Shown one piece after another: positions 27,801 through 37,134 of a stretch of DNA of 64,000 nt. Made by a program: the position numbers and the translations under genes. Below the pieces are notes generated by a model. That model saw only the letters and a list, made by a program, of their open reading frames with translations. It had not been told where the DNA came from and did no database searches. The stretch is from Phoronis australis (lineage: Eukaryota > Animalia > Phoronida), in assembly GCA_002633005.1 (NCBI GenBank), contig NMRA01000057.1:180469-244468 (forward strand). The letters are read 5' to 3'. The number at the start of each line of letters is the position of its first letter. The stretch's first letter is position 1.

Positions 27801-30320
27801 GTACAAGTAAAGAGAATGCTTACTGTATAGCTTAAGGGTAATGATAATGTACTATAAACGGGATATAAAGTGAATACACGTGGAAAAGGTGATAATTCCT
27901 ACCTCTATGTAATATCAGTGTGTAGTCACAAAGACAATATGGTGCGAAGCTAGCTACAGAGACACCTAGTGGTTATAGTATGAACTATCACGACATTTAA
28001 TAGTCTTTGTGCACATTTTTGACATTTTAATGTTTAACAACACGGCAAATGCATGGGTGGTTCCCGGCAGCACATACGCAGAGGGCGGGGACTTCAGCTT
28101 TCAAATTTCGCCGGTAGGACCGCAACTTCAGACCTTCGGCCTGGTTAAAAGAATGAGGTCATATCTCTTGGCGTGCGCCGAGTAAAAATGGTGAGTTCAC
28201 GATTTTGGGAACTGAAATAGGGACTGCTCGAAGAAAAAGTTTAATAACTGGAGTATTTGCTAGAGTTGAAAGGAATTAAACACATCCACAACCTCCTAAG
28301 CCAAGGTGTTCCTCTACAGTCAAGTGACCTAATTATCGGACGTTTTGGCACATTTTGCATTATATTTAATTGAAAATACTACGGATTGTTGTAAATTCTT
28401 TGCTGAAATAAAGACTTACCTTCACCGAATTGTTGTGTTACTACATCTTGTCCCTGAAAGCCACATCTATGTTCTGACTGATCTTTAAAAAACACAACAA
28501 GCAAACCTTCGGAGAACCTAAATATCGGACACCATGTTTCCCCATACGCCACACCACGGAAAACTGACTAACCACGTAATGGCCACGGGCACCTTGTAGC
28601 CAAATTTCAGCTCGAGTGTTTTGACATATACAGTCAAGTGACCTAATTATCGGACGTTTTGGCACATTTTGCATTATATTTAATTAAAAATATTACAGAT
28701 TGTTGTAAATTCTTTGCTGAAATAAAGATTTACCTTCACGGAATTGTTCTGTTACTATACCTTGTCACTGAAAGCCACATTTATGTTCCGACTGATCTTC
28801 AAAAAACACAACAACCAAACCTTCGGAGAACCTAAATATCGGACACCATGTTTCTCCATACGCCACACCGCGGAAAACTGACTAACCACGTAATGGCCGC
28901 GGGCACCTTGTCGCCAAATTTCAGCTCGAGTGTTTTGACATATATGCTGCTAGAACCCAGGTCCATTCGCAACAAAATTATCCATAAAATGAAATCTGAT
29001 GACGGCGCCAAGTCGTTTCGATGAATTAGTGCAGACGACTAAAGCACGTGCAAACTCACTGCAGTTTTTAGTATCACTTAGGCTTCTTGATATGACACCC
29101 GCACGTGCGCGGTCGGGGTTTGACTTGAGTTTAAAAACAAACGAAAAAATGGAACAGTGACATATTGTCAGTTCAATGAGATGGTGTCATTGTGGAAAAA
29201 GATTTTATTTTCAACTTTTATAACCGATTTATGCGATCGTCCATTTTAGGCCGACTTGGGGGTCTAAATTGCACCCTCTCTCGGTGAAATCAAAACGAGG
29301 CAACGCTGTAAAAAAACGAGACGGTGCCGGACATTGAATACATTACAACGGAACAAAAATTGGTGTCATTTAATTCTCAGATTATGCTTCAAGTAAGATT
29401 CTATGAAATGTATGATATTTAGGTTCTGTCCGATAATTAGGTACACTATGTGTACGCTGCTAGAACACAGGTCCATTCGCAACAAAATTATCCATAAAAT
29501 GAAATCTGATGACGGCGCCAAGTCGTTTCGATGAATTAGTGCAGACGACTAAAGCACATGCAAACTCACTTCAGTTTTTAGTATCACTTTGGCTTCTTGA
29601 TATGACACCCGCACATGCGCGGTCCGGGTTTGACTTGAGTTTAAAAACAAATGAAAAAATGGAACAGTGACATATTGTCAGTTCAATGAGATGGTTTCGT
29701 TGTGGAAAAAGATTTTATTTTCAACTTTTATAACCGATTTATGTGATCGTCCATTTTAGGCCGACTTGAGGGTCTAAATTGCACCCTCTCTCAGTGAAAT
29801 CAAAACGAGGCAACGCTGTAAAAAACGAGACGGTGCCGGACATTGAATGCATTACAGTGGAACAAAAATTGGTGTCATTTAATTCTCAGATTATGCTTCA
29901 AGTACGATTCTAAGAAATGTCCGATATTTAGGTTCCGTCCGATAATTAGGTACACTATGTGTATGCGCAAAAGGTATTTATAACAAGGTGACTTTGATGT
30001 TTTAGGTGGTTCGAGGCATAATTCGCCAAAAAGCTTCCTATAGGAGCTGCATCGCCTCTGGTCGGGCCAACAGAGGCGATGGTCATTGCCTACAGTTCAG
30101 TCAGCTGTTCAGCTGCAGAACTCGTGACATCCAGTCATCGTCATTGCACTCGCGTCCAAATCAACACTATTAAAACTAGTTTTGCGCAACATAGTTGCAT
30201 AAAATTTTAGTATCGCAATGGTTAAATAACAACCTCTTCAACACCTGCTGCAGGTGAGATCATATACACAGTTGTATAAATCAGTGTTGACAGCAAATCC
30301 ATCATCTTCATCTTCGCCAT
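18744..30320 (-). CDS. ATRAID: All-trans retinoic acid-induced differentiation factor (ATRAID/APR-3/C2orf28) orthologue, 7 exons, 234 aa, single-pass membrane protein with LRR-like and EGF-like domains
   Basis: Exons (minus): 30320-30234 MAKMKMMDLLSTLIYTTVYMISPAAGVEE (signal-peptide-like); 25441-25311 TTLCHLKSC...LGRCCLNKTSVIG; 24288-24211 LDLSLCNL...; 23178-23107 VLDKNPLTNCSRAAFQGLFALDR; 22578-22451 YLPTHCDCPG...PAWTNV...CSGRIDLC; 20631-20531 TCPNNQSYCEMVGPGVYHCLCKSGYHGYKCLRQ (EGF); 18851-18744 GTFPFTYFLIGLCSSTFVLSLLLWFVQRRKVLKAD* (TM plus basic tail). Phases add up to 705 nt. Matches recalled vertebrate ATRAID motifs RCCLN..G-LDL, CPGG..AW, GPG...C.C..GFHGYKC.RQ, LLW..QRRK. The exon-1 donor (GTTGTT) is weak. 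Confidence 0.93.
19365..20220 (+). mobile_element. Diverged second copy of the HINE-like element, in ATRAID intron 6
   Basis: Same core repeats (19586, 19730, 19888, 20022), degenerate GACAGATGACGG and stem-loop end as 47700-47760. Confidence 0.7.
23540..23700. mobile_element. Short MITE of the CAGTGGCGGAT...GGATCCGCCACTG type
   Basis: CTGTGGTGGATTTAGGGGGGG...AAATCCTGGATCTGCCCTG degenerate TIRs with poly-G/poly-C subterminal runs. Confidence 0.5.
23862..23918 (-). mobile_element. tRNA-derived SINE head fragment, family B
   Basis: Reverse complement ...AGCGTCTGCACGGTTAGCAGGAAGTCCAGTGTTCGAGCTCTGG contains a B-box-like GTTCGAG. Confidence 0.5.
26654..27246. mobile_element. Foldback (near-palindromic) non-autonomous element related to the adjacent Mutator-like element
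   Basis: Perfect 19-bp terminal IR TAGACAGTGACCACCGTCT / AGACGGTGGTCACTGTCTA. The arms are homologous to 27256-27579 (AAACATCAAAGTCAC...CCTTTTGCGCATA...GATGTGTTTAATTCCTTCC). No TSD visible. Confidence 0.75.
28317..29961. mobile_element. Tc1/mariner (pogo-like) non-autonomous element, outer copy (~821 bp excluding the nested copy), TA TSD
   Basis: Imperfect TIRs CAGTCAAGTGACCTAATTATCGGAC / GTCCGATAATTAGGTACACTATGTG, flanked by TA at 28315-16 and 29962-63. The empty site is recoverable from the left MULE arm. Confidence 0.85.
28631..29452. mobile_element. Same Tc1/mariner-type element (822 bp), inner copy nested in the outer copy, TA TSD
   Basis: Full-length copy with both TIRs, flanked by TA at 28629-30 and 29453-54. 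The uninterrupted target GACATATATGCTGC is visible inside the inner copy at 28937-28950. Confidence 0.88.
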
Positions 30321-30708
30321 ATTTTGTCTGCTCCAGCTCTCGAGATATCCCCTTCCGTCATGGTCAGCATCTTAAAGGGAGCAATATATTAAACTGTGAC
30401 AAAAATCAGGCTGATTTGTAAGCTAAAGTGTCAAAAACGTGGTAATTTTATTTTTAAAAATATATTATGAAAAAATATCACTAATCTTGCTTGGTTGTCA
30501 AGTTACTCCCTTTTGTAATATACTAACGCTGATTGGTTTAGATACAAAGCCCTTCAACGTTTGCTCGAATCACGTAGTGTTTCTCATCTTGATGCTCGGC
30601 TTCAGTTTACGTAGCAACAAGGTAACCATTCATTTGCTTTATATTGAATGGTGCCTTCGTAGCAACAAAATAGAGAGACGATACGAACCGGAGAGCACGC
30701 GTCAGCAG
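30321..30708. promoter_or_regulatory. Bidirectional promoter shared by ATRAID (-) and TEKT2 (+), including a probable non-coding TEKT2 exon 1 ending at 30708
   Basis: ATRAID ATG at 30320 and a strong donor CAG|GTGAGT at 30708/30709 that can splice to the acceptor TTTTCAG|31137 just before the TEKT2 ATG. X-box-like GTTTACGTAGCAAC at 30605-30618 and a half-site GTAGCAAC at 30659-30666. YY1-like AATATGGCG overlaps the ATRAID start codon. Confidence 0.7.
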
Positions 30709-31155
30709 GTGAGTGGCGTTAAATACAGTAACTAAACTTGAGTTTTGCTTTGAAGCTGGTATTCTCAATGCAAGTCCACAATATGGACAGACTTTTAGAG
30801 AAGTGCTTCGTGAACTGAATGTTTCCAATTTCCACTTGCCGTTCTGGGTTTAATATTTTGTCTTCTGTTTATTGTGTATCTTTTTAACCCTTCTACACCA
30901 TTGTAACAAAACTCATGGAAATGACTCAAAGTTCTTTAAATTGACATTTATGGGAAACATGAACGACGGGCACTGGCTGTTTTCTTCCTCTTTGAAGACT
31001 ATGCGGGAAATACATTAAGTTTGTCTTTATAAACATAGTGCTGGAGGGAGGGGGATATTTGATGCAAGCTGTTGAACAAAAACATCTTTTAACATAGTGT
31101 TTTGGCAAGGACTGTGATTGGTGCTCTTATTTTCAGATTATTTAAATTATTCACA

Positions 31156-34100
31156 ATGGCAACAGAGGTAAAACCAACCACCAGATTCCAACCTCCCGAT
31201 TGGTTCACGAACAACTACACAATCTCAACCAACGCTGAGCGTCAGAGAACCGCCTCACACCAGATTCGACAAGAGAGTCGCTTTCTACGAAATGAAACAG
31301 ACAACAAGACAAAATGGGACCAGCATGATAATAACACAAAACTTGCTGACAGAGTTGACGAAATCCGCAAGTGGAAAGAGATCTTGGAAAAATCTCTTGC
31401 TGACTTGGACAAGGAGATTGCTGATCTTACAGAGGCGAAGGATCTTACAGAAATTTCTTTAGAGGCAAAACAAGTGCCGCTTGATGTGGCAATTGAGAAT
31501 TTGACGACTCGTGAAGGTCGACAGGGCATTGACCTTGTACAAGATGAAGTGGAACATCAATTACACAAGGTGAATATTCAAATAGACCCTAATTATTATT
31601 CAGTATTGCGCGGTAAAATCTGAATAATTTTGGACAGAAACAATTGGCAAATTTTGTCTTTTCATCTTCAAAGAATTCTAACATTGTAGTGAATATACAC
31701 AGTTTCGCAAAGTATTGTCTGATGGCAGCTATGATACTGGACTTTAAAATTATAACGCTTTTGTTTGGAAGGCCACTCATATTTTATAAAAATTAACCAC
31801 AATATTATGTCCTAAATTGGTGAGATTTAACAGTAAACAAGTTGGCAATCTATTCCAACACTTACCCGACGCAGATCCAAAGGTGCATGGTTTGTTGATA
31901 CATAAAGCACTACTTATATAGCTAAGAATTCTCATATCTGACCTGGCTATTAAAATAATTTTCATATACAGCAGGTATTTTTTCTCTGTGTTACCTTTTC
32001 ATTAATTTTTTGTTTTGATTGACTATTGCAGGAGGTTGAAGTGATTGAGGGGATTAAGCGACAGCTGCAGCAAAAGGTTGACGAGGCATTCGAACAGATG
32101 TGCCTGCTGCAGGAAGCTCGTCAACAGGTCATCGCTGACTTGCAGGACAAAAACATTGCTCTAGGAATTGACGTAGACCAGTACAACTTAACTGAGAAGT
32201 CTGGCGGTATCAGCTACAAGCCCAACCCCACAAGAGTCCCAAAAGGGTACGTTTGTGACTTGTTTTCCAACATGTGTTTAAATGTATTGTTCAAATTCAA
32301 AAGAATTTCATGTTATCAAGGTGAAAGGCGTGTTTCTTCATGTTATTGAAAACCCACTTTTTCAGAATACATTTTTAAATTTCGTTTCCAAATACGACCC
32401 TTGGCTGTCTTGTGCTAAATTTTGAATGAAATATAAGTGCATAATATCAATCAAAATTACACCCAATTCAATTTTCCATGAAACGATCATTCTTTTTTGC
32501 ATACTACATTTTTAAGTATAAGTAAATATTAGGAGTGGGATGATACACATTGCTATGAATTCAATTTGATTCTTTTCAAGAGGCATTTGATTATTTTCAA
32601 ATTGATCTCGTTTGTCAGACTAATTCATTTTTTCTCAAACACAAGTAGGTAAACATAGCACTTGTACCAGTTTCATCAACAAAATAGTTTTTGACAAAAT
32701 TCAAACTCATGGACAATCCTGAGCTGCATATTTGCAATATCTCAATAATATTCTTAAAAAGATGCAAAGAAGTCTGAACTTTGTAAGACACCTAACGGCA
32801 AATGGGAACCAAGAATCGAATTGAAAATGTGCCTTGGCATATCAATATCAAAATCGGTCACTCCCGCATCACGATTTCAATACAATTCGATTAATCATAA
32901 CACCCTAAGTAGATAAGCATTTGATACCGAGTGTATAAGGAAAACAATTTTTTTTAGTTTGTAATTTCTGTTAATATTTCATATACCTTAGCACAACCAC
33001 CTTGTTTCGATGGGTATTTCATATAAACATGCATCGTAAATAATACTTTCATCGATTTCTATTAATCATTTATTGAACTGGTATAGCTAGAACAATTAAA
33101 GCATTAATTATATTCAGTTACTTATTGTTACAAACTATTGATTGGTCAACAATTAGGGCTGTGGCAACAGTTGTTGAGATTGCTCATCAACAACTAACTA
33201 AAGCACACAGTTGTTGAGATTGCTCATCAACAACTAACTAAAGCACGTCACTAAAGAGGGTGAATGCTTCTCAATAATCCCATCAAAATAACTTTTGAGT
33301 GAAACCAACTACCATTTCCAGTGACCTTTGGATTAACAGGCAATTTAAATGTAGATTGAAATAGGTAATAATATATCCAAATGAATAGAGCTTCAGCAGA
33401 AGTGGTTGAGAAATAGCTCTCTTCTCCATTCGCAACAGTCAGGTGCAATCTCTTTCAGTCTGCAAATATTCATGGCCAAAGGATTCAGTGCATTATCAAT
33501 ATTTACAAGTTGCAATTAAGTAAATGGATTGGACTAACATGAACTCCTTACAACTTGACTTACATGAATTAATGCTTGATTTTGTCAACAGGAGCACCAC
33601 GCCCCAGAATTGGGAAGATTTCAGCCGTTATAACAAGGAGCGAGCTGACGCAGAGATGAGGGCTTCCACACGCCTACGAGAGGCTATTCACCACACTCTT
33701 CAGCAGACAGATAACGATCTTGAGACTCAAAAAATCGCCACGGAATATGGCTTCAGAAAGAGGATACACGAGACTGCGTGTGCCAAGAAAGAGCTTGAAT
33801 GGCAAAAGAAGAATGTAAGTGTAATTTGCGTGTCACATTAAGAAATTTTTAAGACGTTCTAATCAGCATTTAGGCAGATATTGTTATAAAGAGCTAATGT
33901 ATCATGTGTTCAAGACACTTTTATTGTCAAGATCAAGTCTTATTAATAAATAAAATCAGATTTGTGCGGTGGTAAAAATCTGGGAAGTAGCCAATTGCTT
34001 AGTAAAGATGGAAGACTTGATGATTGTGCTGAAATGCGAATTAAAGTGTCGTTATTCATAGAAAGCAGTAAATTTTTTATTTTTGACATTTTGATTTTGC

Positions 34101-35049
34101 ATACTCATGCAGTTAAGGTTAAATTTGAAATGTTAAACACCATTCGTTCTAAAAATCTGTTTGATAACAGCAGCACAGCTTCTTGTAAATATTGTACAGT
34201 TGAAAATCAGGAAGTTTGTACAGCCACTTAATTACCACTCCAAGATAGAATGCTGAATATTTTGCAGGTACCTGGAATTACAAAAGTACAAATTCTGGAT
34301 TCACGGCTTGAAATGCACGTAGGAGTCAATGTTGCATCCTATATTATTTATTGTAGACGGAAGATGAAATCGCCGAGTTGGAGAACGACATTCGTGGTAT
34401 TGAGCAGTCAATTCGTGATAAGATTAACCCCAGCAAGTTGGCTCAAACCCGTCTAGAGAACAGAACGTACCGCCCCAACACAGAGCTGTGCAGAGACGAG
34501 GTTCAATATGGACTCACCGATGAAGTCAGGCAGTTAGAGGTCACCAAGAAAGCTCTGCAGGACAAACTGAAACAGTCCAAGTAAGTACAGCTCGAGTTTA
34601 ATAGAGGATGCTCAGTTAAGTAGGCAAATTCACAGGTGTGACCTTGTGACTGGCTGGTGTTTCGTGTTGGCTTTGCAGTTTCAATTACTCATTAAAAATG
34701 CAACCTTGGTTTTTTGTGCTGACATTTCTCAATACAGTAAGAAGATGGAAGGGATATCGCAACATTCTTTTAATTTTTTTCTTCATTTTTCCTCATACAA
34801 CACTGTTATTTTATAAAATGAAATCTTAATACAACTTTGTTATTTAATGTTTTCAGGCAAGCACTTGATGAATTGTATAACAACTTACATCGTATCGAAG
34901 AAGACTTAGCTCGCAAGAACCTGTCTCTTCTCCTAGACAACCGTAGCATGGAAACCCGCAAGAGGTTGAACACAAAACCCAACTCTGGCATAGAGAGAAA
35001 CATCTCAATCACTGGAGTTGTTAGAGAGAGGTCAAAGATCCTTGCATAA
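31156..35049 (+). CDS. TEKT2: Tektin-2 / tektin-B1, axonemal microtubule inner protein, 5 coding exons, 422 aa
   Basis: Exons 31156-31569, 32032-32246, 33592-33814, 34357-34580, 34857-35049, all GT-AG with consistent phases (1269 nt). N-terminus MATEVKPTTRFQPPDWFTNNYTISTNAERQRTASHQIRQE closely matches vertebrate TEKT2 (MATLSVKPSRRFQLPDWHTNSYLLSTNAQLQRDASHQIRQE). Tektin nonapeptide present as RPNTELCRD. Confidence 0.96.
32530..32907. mobile_element. Possible decayed hAT-type MITE (TAGG...CCCTA)
   Basis: TAGGAGTG..ATGAT start and ATCATAACACCCTA end; flanks AGTAAATA / AGTAGATA resemble a degraded TSD. Confidence 0.35.
33168..33246. repeat. 40 bp x2 tandem repeat with an internal hairpin in a TEKT2 intron
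   Basis: CAGTTGTTGAGATTGCTCATCAACAACTAACTAAAGCAC twice. Confidence 0.8.
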
Positions 35050-35354
35050 GGAAAACATTTTAGACACATTTATTTAATTTAAAGAGATTGCTCGCTCCAT
35101 GTGTAATCACAAGGCTCATTAATCAGTCACTACACATCATGTATCTATTATGGTGCCACATTTCTGTAATCATCTGCTTTTGCTGTATTTGGATTTACTG
35201 CTGCTTGGTTTTAGCTCGTGTAGGTGAGCTTAAAAATAATGTAGTTTACTGCTTCAAAAACTGTAATTTACAACTTTGCATGTACTGCCCAGTTAGAAAT
35301 CAAGTGTACATACTACCAGAAATGCTCATTTTTGTAAATAATGTTGTGATAAAA

Positions 35355-35360
35355 AATAAA
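35355..35360 (+). terminator. Probable TEKT2 polyadenylation signal AATAAA
   Basis: AATAAA about 305 nt after the TEKT2 stop, followed by a TG/T-rich stretch. Confidence 0.55.
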
Positions 35361-37134
35361 TATATTACACACAATTGATTGCTTTAATGTTGTCATCAAC
35401 TGCAAAGAAATTCTTGGTCAAACCTGGGTCCACAGTCTGATTTCTGTACTCGAAACTGGATTCGAAACTGATCAATGGCATAACATGCTTGGAGTAACCT
35501 TCCAGCTTTTAACAAGCCAAATCTGAGTAAGTTTGAGTTTGGAGATTAAACGCTATTTGCATTAATATTTTTAATGGATAAACAATGCTGCTAACATCAG
35601 ATCTGAGTTAATTAGAAATATGGCAAGTCACTTTCTCTGAATGTAATGACCACTTGTGGATGAACTGGATTGACTTAAAAGCAGTAACAACTGTATTGTT
35701 TTTCAAATGCATATGGACATGAAATGCCATTCCAAATTTATTCATTCAAGATCCATTTTAATGAAATCAAAACTATCCAGGTATTTTCATAGCCTACAAC
35801 AAAACCAGTTCTGAAGGAATTACAAAAAGTTTACAAATTTCGTGGAAATTCACCTAGCAAAAATCATTTGAAATTCATTACAAAATCAAGCAAAAAATTT
35901 TTGACTGAAATTTCATCAAGTATTCAATGAGAAGGTAGCTGGTGAACTTTTTCAAAAAAGGCTTCCATATTCACATTTCCATAGCAACTCCGTTCCTCAT
36001 CTTCAAATCAAAATAATTCCACCCACAGAAGAACCACAATTTCACCAATGACTCAACCTTCACAATCAGTTCCACCTCTCACGTTTTCTGCTGTGACAAC
36101 ACAATGGTGCATTGAAACCATAAATGCACACACCTTCTGCAGGTGAGATCAATACCACAACATTGATCTTCACGTCTGCCATTATTGCATTTAGTAAACA
36201 CTGCGATTGAAAACCAAAATCAATAGTCATATCATTTATTGTACATGTACATGAATCAGACAATACAGACCATAAATTGTACATTTAACAAATGCTGGAG
36301 ACGGTCCCTTTTTTCTACTTTTCGGGGACTTGCTACATCACTATGAGTAGTCAAAGTTTTAATAAATGTTTGATGACAGCTATTCTGTACAAACTGTGCT
36401 ACAGTCAGTCAAATTTCCTGAAAACGTATTTCTCTAGACAGACTTGGCGAATTAAATTTCACTTGTCTACCATACTGTGTCCCAAATTCTTTACAATGAG
36501 CATCCCTATCGCATCAGAGTACGGTGAAATCCGACTTTTCTGAAGGACCGACTGCATGAACTAGAACTGTATCGCGGATCTCTGTCCCAATTAGGCACAA
36601 ATACGAATTATACACACACTGTATCCAACTACAGAGCTTCACTGTATGGTGAAAATTAATAAGTTGCCATAGATGAAAGGGTCGTACCATTCACGCACCT
36701 AACCACACACCCTACCTTCAAAATGGAAATCATCCAGACAAATGATAAATTGTGATAGTGCTGAAACAGGCAATTCTACTGTGTAGGAAAAATGCAAGAG
36801 CAGAAATTGATTAGAAAGTGAAGGTCATAGGTCAACATTACTCCATGATAGGATTTCAAACTGTACGAAAAATACACTAGACACTCGAAAGGAATGATGA
36901 CAGAATTCAAATGGAGATATGAATGTTGAATTTACAGCCAACTTATTGTGCCTTTCACAGGTTTTCGTCAAAACAAGATAGTTGGCTTAATGGCATATCA
37001 AAAAATCTGCAACAAAATGCTTTAAAAATGACTGTTTCACAATCTGTTTATTACTGGTTTCTCCTTCCCAAATCTGATATTATTGGGTCATCATACAAAT
37101 GCCAATAGCTTGACCATTGAAAACTCCTAATTCA

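Larger units (their letters stand above)
27256..30092. mobile_element. Mutator (MULE)/Foldback-like non-autonomous DNA transposon with ~320 bp TIRs and a 9-bp TSD
   Basis: Left arm 27256-27579; right arm 28153-28316 plus 29964-30092, split by an insertion. Identical 9-bp flanks CAGTTCAGT at 27247-27255 and 30093-30101. Confidence 0.88.

Noticed and set aside
31242-31529. Antisense ORFs over TEKT2 and TPR exons (also 37117-37476, 48786-49142, 63665-63910)
   Set aside because: Shadow frames of real coding exons.
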